Counted from the first letter of the stretch, positions 15,684-25,537 are shown. The stretch: 61,354 nt of DNA from an uncultured bacterium (GCA_903900935.1 CAIUOX010000033.1:1-61354); one strand, 5' to 3'. Notes: generated from the letters alone by a model not told the origin. Program-made: numbers and translations.

Positions 15684-17750
15684 ATGTTGATGTCAAATCA
15701 ACTATTCAAGCTTGCAACACCATTTGCACCAGCCGGCGACCAGCCAAAGGCTATTTTAGCCTTGGATGAAGGCCTTAAAAAGGGTTTTGAGCGTCAGACA
15801 CTTCTCGGCGTTACTGGCTCAGGAAAGACCTTCACTATGGCAAATGTTATCGCTAACTATGGTAAGCCAACGCTTATCATTGCACACAATAAGACACTTG
15901 CTGCACAGCTTGCTCAAGAGTATCGCGAATTTTTTCCGAATAATGCCGTGCACTATTTTGTTTCTTATTATGACTACTATCAGCCAGAAGCATATATGCC
16001 AGCAACTGATACTTACATTGAGAAAGAAGCGATGATCAATGAGGAAATAGAGCGTCTCCGTCACGCATCGACGCAAGCATTACTCACACGTAGAGATGTA
16101 ATTATTGTCGCATCAGTCTCATGCATATATGGTTTGGGAAGTCCTGAAGAATATCAAAAGGTAAATCTCAAACTTTCAGTTGGCATGGAATTGTCACGCG
16201 CTGAGCTTATCCGTAAATTGATTGATATTCATTTTGTGCGTACGAATGCAGATCTAAAGTCCGGTAATTTTCGTGCAATTGGTAATATGCTCGAAGTCAT
16301 GCCAGTAAATGAAAAGACGGTTTATCGTATTGAATACGAAGGTGGAGCGATTGGTCATATTGTAGAACTTGATCCAGTTTCAAGATCTGTTCGTAATAAT
16401 CATAAAGATATTTTTATATTCCCAGCCAAGCACTTCATCTCTAGTGATGCACAAAGCGAAAAAGCGGTGAAGACAATTCAAGCAGAACTCTCTGATCGTC
16501 TCAAAGTACTTGAAAAAGCTGGCAAGAATCTTGAAGCAGAGCGTTTGAAGCGTCGTGTGAAATATGATCTATCAATGATCAAAGAGATTGGTTATACCAA
16601 TGGCATAGAAAATTATTCACGTCACTTTTCTGGCAAGATGCCTGGTGAAGCACCTGATTCACTACTTTCATATTTTCCTAAGGACAAGAATGGTAATCCT
16701 GATTTTCTTACAATAGTAGATGAGTCGCATGTGGCTATTCCACAATTGAATGGTATGTTCGCCGGAGATGCTTCACGCAAAGAGACTCTAGTTGAGCACG
16801 GTTTTCGTCTGCCATCAGCAAAAGATAACCGCCCACTAAAGTTTGATGAATTTTTGGCGCGCATTGGCCCGATGATATATACGTCAGCAACTCCTGGAAA
16901 ATATGAGAATGCCAATAGTGAACAGGTAGTTGAGCAGGTAATTCGTCCAACAGGATTGATCGATCCTGTGGTTGAGATAAGGCCGATTAGGGAAGGCAAA
17001 CACAGGGGTCAGATTTTTGACTTCATTGAAGAAGCTGAGAAAACTATCAAGAACGGCGATCGTGTGATTGCGACAACATTGACCAAGAAGATGGCTGAAG
17101 ATTTGTCTGATTTTTTGAAAGAAAAAAAGATCAAAGCTGCATATCTTCACAGTGATATCAAAACTATTGAACGCATAACCATTCTCACCGATTTTCGCAA
17201 AGGGAAGTATGACATTCTAGTCGGTGTCAACTTGCTTCGTGAAGGTCTTGATCTTCCAGAAGTATCACTTATTGGTATTCTTGATGCTGATAAAGAAGGC
17301 TTTTTGCGTTCGGAGACATCACTCATCCAAACTATTGGTCGTGCAGCGCGTAACTCTGCTGGCCGTGTCATCCTCTATGCTGACAATATAACTGGTTCTA
17401 TAAGCAATGCTATTCGTGAGACTGATCGTCGTCGTGCTATCCAGGTTGCATACAATACCAAGCACGGTATTACTCCTCAGACTATCAAAAAGGCCATTCA
17501 TGATATTACTGATCAGTTACGTAGTGAACATGACAAAGCTGTCTATGAACTCGTAAAGCTCGATGAAGATCTAGCCAAGTCCAATCCAAAGTTATTGATG
17601 AAGCAGAAGGAAGAAGCTATGTCGCAGGCTGTGCAGGCGTTGGATTTTGAGACTGCGGCTTTGATAAGGGATGAATTATTCAAGTTGGAGGAGAAGTATG
17701 GAATGGATGTGACGGGGAAGAAAGGTAAAAGAAAGAAAAAAGTAGTATAA
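15684..17750 (+). CDS. uvrB: excinuclease ABC subunit B
   Basis: GVTGSGKTFTMA, DYYQPEAY, the beta-hairpin region, helicase motifs and a C-terminal UVR domain (FETAALIRDEL). The likely true start is 15690. Confidence 0.95.
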   Translation: MLMSNQLFKLATPFAPAGDQPKAILALDEGLKKGFERQTLLGVTGSGKTFTMANVIANYGKPTLIIAHNKTLAAQLAQEYREFFPNNAVHYFVSYYDYYQPEAYMPATDTYIEKEAMINEEIERLRHASTQALLTRRDVIIVASVSCIYGLGSPEEYQKVNLKLSVGMELSRAELIRKLIDIHFVRTNADLKSGNFRAIGNMLEVMPVNEKTVYRIEYEGGAIGHIVELDPVSRSVRNNHKDIFIFPAKHFISSDAQSEKAVKTIQAELSDRLKVLEKAGKNLEAERLKRRVKYDLSMIKEIGYTNGIENYSRHFSGKMPGEAPDSLLSYFPKDKNGNPDFLTIVDESHVAIPQLNGMFAGDASRKETLVEHGFRLPSAKDNRPLKFDEFLARIGPMIYTSATPGKYENANSEQVVEQVIRPTGLIDPVVEIRPIREGKHRGQIFDFIEEAEKTIKNGDRVIATTLTKKMAEDLSDFLKEKKIKAAYLHSDIKTIERITILTDFRKGKYDILVGVNLLREGLDLPEVSLIGILDADKEGFLRSETSLIQTIGRAARNSAGRVILYADNITGSISNAIRETDRRRAIQVAYNTKHGITPQTIKKAIHDITDQLRSEHDKAVYELVKLDEDLAKSNPKLLMKQKEEAMSQAVQALDFETAALIRDELFKLEEKYGMDVTGKKGKRKKKVV

Positions 17751-17763
17751 TCAAGTATACATT

Positions 17764-18248
17764 ATGTTTTTCAAGAATAACAAAGAAGTGAGGACAGAAG
17801 ATCTTAAACTCTCAGATTACGATAATATTTGGGCAAAATTTTGTTTTCTTGATGAGACTGGCAATTTAAGTGATCCAAAAGATCCCTTTTTCACAGTCGG
17901 TATCTTAAAGCGGAAAAAGAGATTCTTGTGCTAATTGCTGATCATGTAACGGTTCCTAAAGAAATCAAGTTTGAGGTAAATACTAGAAAAAATTTTAATC
18001 TTTCCAAAAAACGACTGGCCCTTGTCGGAGTCTGTCGATTTGATTCTAGGTCAAATGATTTACTTCAAGTTGTCGATTTATTGATAGGTGCTATTACTTA
18101 TGATTTAAAGCTATCTCAAAAAATTGTTTCTGGATCTACCTATAAAATTGAACTTGTGGATTTTTTAAAGAAAAACCTAGGAGTAAATAAGCTTAGTGAT
18201 GGATTTCGAAATCGGAATTTTAATATTTTTGTAGAGAAGGGTTCTTAA
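17764..18248 (+). pseudogene. DUF3800-family gene, frameshifted and internally shortened
   Basis: Fragment 17764..17934 encodes MFFKNN...FCFLDETGNLSDPKDPFFTVGILK (DUF3800 N-terminal DE(S/T)G motif). It continues in another frame as ORF 17928..18248 (...RSNDLLQVVDLLIGAITY, DUF3800 C-terminal pattern). The combined length is well below family size. Confidence 0.5.
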
Positions 18249-18258
18249 TAGGATATAT

Positions 18259-18296
18259 GAAAAAGGGCGATCGTCCTATCGGTCGACGCCCTTTTT
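18259..18296 (+). terminator. rho-independent terminator
   Basis: AAAAGGGCG ... CGCCCTTTTT with an internal CGAT/ATCG stem. Confidence 0.65.
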
Positions 18297-18545
18297 CGGT
18301 ACATAAATAGTATAGACTAAGAAAGTTAATTTAGCAAGTTATCCCTCATGAACACAAAAGTCAATGATAGAGCCATAATTTGTACTGCAAGAATAAATCT
18401 AACTAATGTTAAAAATGGGGAGGATCTTGATCTGGATGATTTATTAGAAAACATAAAGTTGTTACTAAATTATATCACGAAATTATCGAATAGGCGAGAT
18501 AAAAAGTTTTTAATTCAAGCAAATACGTCTAGAAAATGTCATAAT

Positions 18546-18991
18546 ATGGCTATGCCCCACCAAATCATCCTCATCCACGGCGGTCATGCACTCGATACTC
18601 GCGAGGACTTTTTGAATCGTCTCAAAACAAAGGCGGTTACAGCTTCAAATTTCAAACCATCTTACAAATGGACTAATACACTCCAAGAAAAACTCGGATC
18701 ACATTTCGAAGTATTTGCACCACACATGCCGAACAAAGAGAATGCTCGTTATGAAGAATGGAAAGCGTGGTTTGAGCGCATGATTCCTTTTTTGGAAGTG
18801 GCCTAATAAATCAGGTTAAAGATATGATATTATTTTACAGCACTGATGATCCTATTGTTCCATTCAGCGACTTTGAGATCTATAAAACTATCTTTCCACA
18901 TGCCAATGCGTACACCTTTACTGATCAGGCTCATTTCAATGAATTAGAGTTTCCTCAAATCATTGCAGAGATCAAAAAGAGATATAAGTAG
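18546..18991 (+). pseudogene. alpha/beta hydrolase (YdeN/RBBP9-like) remnant lacking the nucleophile-elbow region
   Basis: The N-terminal piece MAMPHQIILIHGG...FAPHMPN...WFERMIPFLE ends at 18806. The C-terminal piece MILFYSTDDPIVPF...DQAHFNE... (18824-18991) is in another frame. The central GxSxG segment is missing. Confidence 0.5.
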
Positions 18992-19167
18992 TTTCAATTG
19001 TTTACTTGTATCCATATATACCTATTGTTAGAATATCTCTACATATGTCGTATCGAAAACATCACCAAAGATACACGTCAGCCAACAATTCAAGAGGCAA
19101 TTTCAATGATTAAGGGTGATTCCAAGAAAGGCTAGCTTTTTACTGACAATGAACACCAGTGTCGTTG

Positions 19168-19176
19168 TGGTATAAT
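19168..19176 (+). promoter_or_regulatory. extended -10 (TGGTATAAT), 6 nt before the ATG at 19183
   Basis: TGnTATAAT at 19168-19176. It lies inside the GTG-started ORF 19159, which argues for the start at 19183. Confidence 0.5.
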
Positions 19177-19182
19177 AATATT

Positions 19183-20010
19183 ATGGATACGTATGTTCCT
19201 ACCACAAAGTATAAGACCATTCTTATTATTGAAAGTAACATTGCTTTCAGCGAGAGACTTTCTATTGCATTGATCAAGGAAGGGTATAGGACTATTCTTG
19301 TAAAAAATGGCTCTCAGGCATTTGAGGCTATCCTCAACAATGCATGCGATCTTATTGTTCTAGATATTGTGCTTTCTGGCACAGATGGATATAAGATATT
19401 ACAACAAAAGCAGGCGAATACTGCTAGTGCTTCTATTCCTGTATTTTTACTTTCTATACAGGGTATTCCTATAAATATGACTTTAATACCACGTGGAAGT
19501 GTGGTTGAATTTAGTATTTCTATTCATCCAGATCTTGCGGATATAGTTTCTCGTATTAATAAATATTTTGGTTTTACTCATAATGTTCCATCTTCTACTA
19601 CACCAGATCATGGTGTAGTTACTCGTCCATCAACAGAGAGTCATAAGAAAAAAATCCTTTGGGTAGAGGATGACAAGCTTATCGGAACTATTCTTGGGAA
19701 AAAGATCATAGCTTCTGGATTTGATCTGTTGCATGCGACAAATGGCGCGGATGCTATCAAAGCAACAAAAAATTTTATTCCTGATGCTATCGTTCTTGAT
19801 TTGATGCTTCCAGGAATGAGTGGTTTTGAGATCCTACAAAAATTCAAATTAGACAAGCAATTGAGCAAAGTTCCAGTGATGATACTTTCAAATTTGAGCA
19901 AGCCGAGCGATATAGAAAAAGCCAAGATGCTTGGAGTCAAAGAATTTTTTGTCAAAGCTACCCTTTCTCTTGATCAAATCATTGCAGGGATAAGCGGACT
20001 GTCTCATTAG
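19183..20010 (+). CDS. tandem receiver (REC-REC) response-regulator protein without an output domain
   Basis: REC1 has ILIIESN... and DLIVLDIVLSGTDG, with the acidic pair replaced by E-S. REC2 is canonical: ILWVEDD, VLDLMLPGMSG, ILSN, FFVKA. Confidence 0.8.
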   Translation: MDTYVPTTKYKTILIIESNIAFSERLSIALIKEGYRTILVKNGSQAFEAILNNACDLIVLDIVLSGTDGYKILQQKQANTASASIPVFLLSIQGIPINMTLIPRGSVVEFSISIHPDLADIVSRINKYFGFTHNVPSSTTPDHGVVTRPSTESHKKKILWVEDDKLIGTILGKKIIASGFDLLHATNGADAIKATKNFIPDAIVLDLMLPGMSGFEILQKFKLDKQLSKVPVMILSNLSKPSDIEKAKMLGVKEFFVKATLSLDQIIAGISGLSH

Positions 20011-20044
20011 ATTGCTCCTGAATATCTTGTGATAAGGCCAAAAA

Positions 20045-20053
20045 TGTGATAAT
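20045..20053 (+). promoter_or_regulatory. extended -10 (TGTGATAAT), 11 nt before the uvrA ATG
   Basis: TGnGATAAT at 20045-20053; ATG at 20065; very short leader without Shine-Dalgarno. Confidence 0.4.
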
Positions 20054-20064
20054 ATCCGCGCACT

Positions 20065-22683
20065 ATGGTAGCTTTACGAAAACATATACCTATACATGGA
20101 GAAGATGTGCATGCAGGACATGCAGGAAAAATAATCATCAAAGGTGCTAGAACTCACAATCTCAAGAATATTACAGTAGAGATGCCACGTAATACAATGA
20201 TTGCTATTACTGGTCTTTCTGGCTCAGGCAAATCATCTCTTGCATTTGATACTATCTTTGCTGAAGGTCAGAGACGTTATATAGAATCATTGTCTGCATA
20301 TGCGCGTCAATTCTTGCATAAGATGCAAAAGCCAGATGTTGACGAGATAACTGGGCTTTCTCCAGCTATTGCTATTGACCAAAAATCACGTTCAAATAAT
20401 CCTCGTTCCACGGTTGCGACTATAACTGAGATTTATGATTACCTTCGTATACTTTTTGCACGCGTAGGCAAGCCACATTGTTTGACTTGTGGACGTCTTA
20501 TTAGTCGTATTTCCAAAGAAGAAATTTTGGATACGATATTGAAGACAGTTACCTCAAAGACCACAAAAGCGAAGAAAATATATGGTGTAGATATTTCTAG
20601 TGCCAAAATTTGTATTTATGCTCCAGTTGTTGTTGGTCGTAAGGGTGAATATTATCAGATGCTCTATGATTTGCTCGGGAAAGGCTATGCTCGTGTACGT
20701 ATTGATGGAAAAGTCATGAAACTTCGTGATCAAATCGTTCTTGAAAAGAATAAGAAGCATGATATTGATGTGCTCGTTGATGAAATATTTGTTAGTGAAT
20801 TCAAAGATATCCAAAAGGGCAGTGATGCATATGAGCGTCTCTCTGAAGCATTGGAACGAGCTATACAAGAAGCTGATGGACTTATCAGGATAGAATATCG
20901 TGAAGGTGAAGAACAACTAATGTCAGTAAAATTCATGTGTCCATATGACGGTTTCTCATATCCAGAAGTTGAGCCACGCTTATTTTCTTTTAACTCTCCA
21001 TATGGTGCATGTGTTGCTTGTAATGGACTTGGTACAGAAGGATTCTTTGCTGAAGAGATATGTAAGGTGTGCAAAGGTGCGCGTCTACGTGACGAGGCAT
21101 TAAATGTAAAAATTATTGACAAAAATATTTTTGATATCACTTCAATGTCGATTGAGCAAGCGGTAGCATATTTCAATACTATTAAATTGACTGATGTTGA
21201 ACGTGAAATTGCAAAAGTTATTTTGAAAGAAATTGCATCGCGTCTTTCTTTCATGGTAAATGTGGGTATTGAATATATTACGCTCAATCGTCGTGCTCAC
21301 ACACTTTCTGGTGGTGAGGCACAGCGTATTCGTCTTGCCTCACAGCTTGGTTCTGGGCTAGTTGGTGCATTGTATGTGCTTGATGAACCAACTATCGGTC
21401 TGCATCAGCGCGATAATGATCGTCTTATAAAGACATTGATCCATCTACGAGATCTTGGAAATACTATCATTGTAGTTGAGCACGATGAAGATACGATGTT
21501 TGCTTCAGATTATATGGTTGATATTGGTCCAGGTGCCGGTGTTCATGGTGGTAAAGTCGTTGTAGCTGGATATCTTGATGATTTATTGACTGCAAAAAAG
21601 AATACTTCAAATTCTTTAACTCTTTCATATCTACGTGGAGAATCAAAAATTTCTATACCCAATAAGCGCCGTGAACCAAAAGGAAAGATTATGATTCGTG
21701 GTGGCAATGTATTTAATATTAAAGATCTGAATGCTGATATACCACTTGGTACATTAAATGCAATTACTGGTGTTTCGGGTTCAGGAAAATCATCATTAAT
21801 GTATGAAATATTGTATCGCAATCTTTCTGCACGTCTTGAGATGAGACATCGTAGCAATGATGCAATCAATTGCAAAGAATTCAAAGGTTCAGAATATGTC
21901 AGTCGAGTTATCTTGATTGATCAGAGTCCGATCGGTCGTACACCTCGTTCAAATCCGGCAACATATACAGGTTCGTGGACGCATATCCGCGACTTATTTG
22001 CCTCAGAACCAGAAGCGCGAGCTCGTGGTTGGGGTGCTGGTAGGTTCTCATTCAATCGTGCTGGTGGACGATGTGAGGCATGTGAAGGAAATGGTGAGAT
22101 TGCAGTAGAAATGCACTTTTTGCCAACGGTATATGTGACTTGTGATATTTGCAATGGTAAACGATTTACAAAAGAGACTCTTGATATCAAATATCGCAAA
22201 AAGAATATCTCTGAAGTATTGAATCTCACAATTGAAGAGGCGCTTGAATTCTTTAGGGATATTCCTGCAGTTGAAGATCGTCTAAAAACACTTATGGATG
22301 TTGGGCTCGGTTATGTCAAGCTTGGGCAATCTGCTACAACGCTTTCTGGTGGTGAGGCACAGCGCGTGAAGATTTCCTCAGAACTTTATCGTGCACACCT
22401 TCAGAAGACTATTTATCTTCTTGATGAGCCAACAGTAGGTTTACACTATGCTGATGTTGAAAAATTGATAGATATTTTGCAAAAATTGGTTGAAAAAGGG
22501 AATACAGTCGTTGTTATTGAGCACAATCTTGATCTTATCAAGAATGCTGATTATGTTATAGATATCGGGCCAGAAGGAGGCGAGCGTGGTGGAAAGATCG
22601 TAGCGAAAGGTACACCAGAAGATGTGGTAATGAATGAAAAGAGCTATACGGGTATATATTTAAAAAGAATACTCAAAAGATAA
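20065..22683 (+). CDS. uvrA: excinuclease ABC subunit A
   Basis: Two ABC ATPase modules (GLSGSGKSSLAF, GVSGSGKSSL, LSGGEAQR twice) and zinc modules (CxxC pairs). Confidence 0.95.
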   Translation: MVALRKHIPIHGEDVHAGHAGKIIIKGARTHNLKNITVEMPRNTMIAITGLSGSGKSSLAFDTIFAEGQRRYIESLSAYARQFLHKMQKPDVDEITGLSPAIAIDQKSRSNNPRSTVATITEIYDYLRILFARVGKPHCLTCGRLISRISKEEILDTILKTVTSKTTKAKKIYGVDISSAKICIYAPVVVGRKGEYYQMLYDLLGKGYARVRIDGKVMKLRDQIVLEKNKKHDIDVLVDEIFVSEFKDIQKGSDAYERLSEALERAIQEADGLIRIEYREGEEQLMSVKFMCPYDGFSYPEVEPRLFSFNSPYGACVACNGLGTEGFFAEEICKVCKGARLRDEALNVKIIDKNIFDITSMSIEQAVAYFNTIKLTDVEREIAKVILKEIASRLSFMVNVGIEYITLNRRAHTLSGGEAQRIRLASQLGSGLVGALYVLDEPTIGLHQRDNDRLIKTLIHLRDLGNTIIVVEHDEDTMFASDYMVDIGPGAGVHGGKVVVAGYLDDLLTAKKNTSNSLTLSYLRGESKISIPNKRREPKGKIMIRGGNVFNIKDLNADIPLGTLNAITGVSGSGKSSLMYEILYRNLSARLEMRHRSNDAINCKEFKGSEYVSRVILIDQSPIGRTPRSNPATYTGSWTHIRDLFASEPEARARGWGAGRFSFNRAGGRCEACEGNGEIAVEMHFLPTVYVTCDICNGKRFTKETLDIKYRKKNISEVLNLTIEEALEFFRDIPAVEDRLKTLMDVGLGYVKLGQSATTLSGGEAQRVKISSELYRAHLQKTIYLLDEPTVGLHYADVEKLIDILQKLVEKGNTVVVIEHNLDLIKNADYVIDIGPEGGERGGKIVAKGTPEDVVMNEKSYTGIYLKRILKR

Positions 22684-22710
22684 GTTATATCATTTAGGTT
22701 TTATTGAATT

Positions 22711-22736
22711 AAAAAAGCCAGACAGTGAAGTCCGGC
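22711..22736 (-). terminator. minus-strand-specific terminator for the small membrane ORF
   Basis: On the minus strand: GCCGGAC-TTCACT-GTCTGGC (contains a G-U pair), followed by UUUUUU. On the plus strand the same pair is an A-C mismatch and no T-run follows. Confidence 0.6.
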
Positions 22737-22756
22737 CTCGCGCGATCCAGTCACCT

Positions 22757-23008
22757 TCAATCAATGACGTCATTGTGGTTATTCCTGTAGCGAAATGCAT
22801 AGTATGTTTGTATGTCGCAGATTCCTCGTCCGATGATGCATAGTCCGCGCCAACATCCGGCTAGCACCGACCACACTATGCCGATGATGACCAAGAAGAT
22901 TGCTCCGATCCAGCAATGGATTACGATCCGTTGTAAGAATCCATCAGTGTTTGTGTCCTTTTGTTTTGCGCTTAAGTCGTCCGTAAGGGATTGTATCAAT
23001 CGTGACAT
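22757..23008 (-). CDS. small hypothetical single-TM protein (83 aa), GC-rich
   Basis: TM segment IVIHCWIGAIFLVIIGIVWSVLAGCW. Has its own strand-specific terminator. Lies between uvrA and uvrC on the opposite strand. Confidence 0.5.
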   Translation of the reverse strand: MSRLIQSLTDDLSAKQKDTNTDGFLQRIVIHCWIGAIFLVIIGIVWSVLAGCWRGLCIIGRGICDIQTYYAFRYRNNHNDVID

Positions 23009-23090
23009 ATATTGCCTATGTTGTCTGATTTTGGTTGACTATTTTTTAAAATACTTGTGTTACTTCGCCAAATACCATACTCTTATTATT

Positions 23091-24326
23091 ATGAAGAGTC
23101 AATATGTCATCAAGCGAGCATTGCCTGATATGCCAGGCATATATATATTCAAGGACTACCAAAAAAGGCCTTTATATATTGGTCGTGCCACTTCGCTAAA
23201 AGACCGTGTCAAAAGTTATTTTTCAAATGATTTGATATCTACTCGTGGCCCACGTATTGTTGATATGATCACTAAAGCAGTTTCGCTTGAATGGCAGACG
23301 ACAGATTCTGTACTTGAAGCTATCATTCTTGAAAGCATCCAGATAAAAAAATATCAGCCAATATACAATGTTGATGAGCGTGATGATAAGAGTTCATACT
23401 ATGTAGTGATCACGGATGATATGTGGCCACGTGTTTTCTTGGCACGGGCAAGAGATCTTGATCAGCAGGTTAAAAAGAAGACTCTAGAATATCCAATCAA
23501 AAAACTATTTGGTCCATATCCGAATAGTGGCCTCATCAAAGAGGCATTAAAGATTCTGCGCAAAATGTTCCAATTCAAGGATAAAAAATCATTTGATGCT
23601 CGCCATGATGCATTTTATCAAGCACTTGGGCGTTCGCCAAAAGAATCTGATGTGAATGCACGTCGTAGGTATATAAGAATTATTGACAATCTTATTCTAT
23701 TTTTTGAAGGTAAAAAAGATACATTGCGAATAAAAATAGAAAAAGACATGAAAAGTGCAGCCAAAAATATGCGCTTTGAAGAAGCTGGTCGGTCAAAACA
23801 ATTGCTTTATGCACTCAATCATATCAACGATATATCTCTTATTAAGGCTGATAAGGTTTGTATGGGTTCAAGTTTTGTAAAACAATATCGCATTGAGGCA
23901 TATGATATCGCTCATATGTCAGGTAAAAATGTTGTCGGAGCTTTCGTTGTATCTGTAAATGGAGAATTCATATCAAGTGAGTATAGGAAGTTTATTATTT
24001 CAAAACAGCTTAATGATGATTTGGCTGGGCTTGAAGAAGTGCTCAATCGTAGACTCAATCATACTGAATGGAATTATCCAGATCTAATAGTTGTGGATGG
24101 AAATGATATGCATATTAAGCGCGCAGAATCAGTCTTATCTGCACGTAGAATTAGTATTCCTATAGTTGCAGTGACCAAAGATGAGCGCCATAAAGCTGTA
24201 GATATTATTGGTGCAGAAACTATCATTACTCCTCATGCCAAAGATATTATTGCTTTGAATATAGAAGCCCATCGATATGTTATTCGATTTCATCGCAATC
24301 GACGTAACAAAGGTCTGTTGCTATAA
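23091..24326 (+). CDS. uvrC: excinuclease ABC subunit C, short form (412 aa) lacking the C-terminal (HhH)2 domain
   Basis: GIY-YIG (PGIYIFKD...LYIGRA), UVR-like MRFEEAGRSKQLLYAL, and an endonuclease domain (IEAYDIAHMSG..., DLIVVDGN, EAHRYVIRFHR). The start is set at ATG 23091; the upstream part of ORF 22812 overlaps the opposite-strand gene and is not conserved. Confidence 0.85.
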   Translation: MKSQYVIKRALPDMPGIYIFKDYQKRPLYIGRATSLKDRVKSYFSNDLISTRGPRIVDMITKAVSLEWQTTDSVLEAIILESIQIKKYQPIYNVDERDDKSSYYVVITDDMWPRVFLARARDLDQQVKKKTLEYPIKKLFGPYPNSGLIKEALKILRKMFQFKDKKSFDARHDAFYQALGRSPKESDVNARRRYIRIIDNLILFFEGKKDTLRIKIEKDMKSAAKNMRFEEAGRSKQLLYALNHINDISLIKADKVCMGSSFVKQYRIEAYDIAHMSGKNVVGAFVVSVNGEFISSEYRKFIISKQLNDDLAGLEEVLNRRLNHTEWNYPDLIVVDGNDMHIKRAESVLSARRISIPIVAVTKDERHKAVDIIGAETIITPHAKDIIALNIEAHRYVIRFHRNRRNKGLLL

Positions 24327-24327
24327 T
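24319..24327 (+). promoter_or_regulatory. extended -10 (TGCTATAAT), 6 nt before the ddl ATG, embedded in the uvrC 3' end
   Basis: TGnTATAAT at 24319-24327; ATG at 24334. Confidence 0.45.
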
Positions 24328-24333
24328 TGACTC

Positions 24334-25317
24334 ATGGCAAAAATTCGCGTTGGTATTATTCGTGGTGGTCCAAGTTCAGAATATGAAGTCTCCATCAAAA
24401 CTGGTGGTGCCATTATGTCTGCTCTACGAGACCATGATTCTGAGACATATCATCCTATTGATATTTTTATTGACCAGAAGGGAACGTGGCATATCAATGG
24501 CATTGCTATAAAGCCAGAGCAGGCGCTTCATCGTGTTGATGTTATATTCAATGCACTTCATGGTACATATGGTGAGGATGGAAAAGTGCAAGCATTTCTT
24601 GAAATGCATCGCATTCCTTTCACTGGATCTGGTGCGCTCGCTTCTGCAGTGGGTATGAATAAGACCATGACCAATCAGATTCTCGCTCGTCACGGGATAA
24701 AAATACCTTTGAGTAGAGAGATTCTTTCTGTGGATATACGACAAAATCCTGAAGCTATATCTCGAGAATTATTTACTACATTTCCTATTCCTGCTGTGAT
24801 CAAACCAGTATCAGGAGGTTCATCTCATGGTGTTTCAATTGTTAGAAAGCACACAGATATTGCTCCTGCATTACTAAAAGCTGCAGAGCAAGATCGTGCT
24901 GTACAAGTGCAAGAATTCATTTCAGGAATAGAAGCTACTTGTGGCATCATCGAGAATTTTCGTAATGAGCCATTATATGCACTACCTCCGATTGAGATAC
25001 GACCTGAAACAGAATTTTTTGATTATGATGCAAAATACAAGGGTAAATCAAAAGAGATAGTCCCTGCTACATTTTCGCATGAACTTAAAAAAGATCTTGA
25101 AATGCTCTCGCGTACTGTTCACAGTGCTCTTGGTCTTCGTCACTATTCGCGTTCAGATTTTATTATTCATCCTCGCCGAGGCATCTATTTTCTAGAAGTG
25201 AATACACTACCAGGATTAACCGAGGAATCTCTAATGCCAAAAGCACTTCGTGCAGTTGGTAGTACATTGCATCAATTGGCTGATCATTTGATCAGACTTG
25301 CATTGAAGTTGCAGTAA
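24334..25317 (+). CDS. ddl: D-alanine--D-alanine ligase
   Basis: ATP-grasp pattern: HGTYGEDG, KP..GGSS.GV and EVNTLPGLT. Confidence 0.9.
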   Translation: MAKIRVGIIRGGPSSEYEVSIKTGGAIMSALRDHDSETYHPIDIFIDQKGTWHINGIAIKPEQALHRVDVIFNALHGTYGEDGKVQAFLEMHRIPFTGSGALASAVGMNKTMTNQILARHGIKIPLSREILSVDIRQNPEAISRELFTTFPIPAVIKPVSGGSSHGVSIVRKHTDIAPALLKAAEQDRAVQVQEFISGIEATCGIIENFRNEPLYALPPIEIRPETEFFDYDAKYKGKSKEIVPATFSHELKKDLEMLSRTVHSALGLRHYSRSDFIIHPRRGIYFLEVNTLPGLTEESLMPKALRAVGSTLHQLADHLIRLALKLQ

Positions 25318-25328
25318 TAAATTTTTTG

Positions 25329-25404
25329 TGGTGGACCCGAGAGGATTTGAACCTCCGACCTTTGCTTTGCAAAAGCACTGCTCTACCAACTGAGCTACGG
25401 GCCC
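25329..25404 (-). tRNA. tRNA-Ala (anticodon UGC), CCA encoded
   Basis: Reverse complement GGGCCCGTAGCTCAGTTGGTAGAGCAGTGCTTTTGCAAAGCAAAGGTCGGAGGTTCAAATCCTCTCGGGTCCACCA. Cloverleaf fold, G3:U70 identity pair, anticodon loop TTTGCAA. Confidence 0.95.
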
Positions 25405-25537
25405 ATATTTTGAGAAACTAATACGTTACCAAAGAAATGATAACGTGAATATTAGAATACAGTATTTTGCACCTTTATTCAATACCCAGTCGTATATACA
25501 ACAGGTCGGCATTACCAACACTAATACGTTTATTCCT

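Noticed and set aside
19035-19103. A 22-aa basic micro-ORF (MSYRKHHQRYTSANNSRGNFND) between the hydrolase remnant and the REC-REC gene.
   Set aside because: There are no supporting signals beyond a weak TAGAAT box at non-canonical spacing, and no way to assess conservation here.
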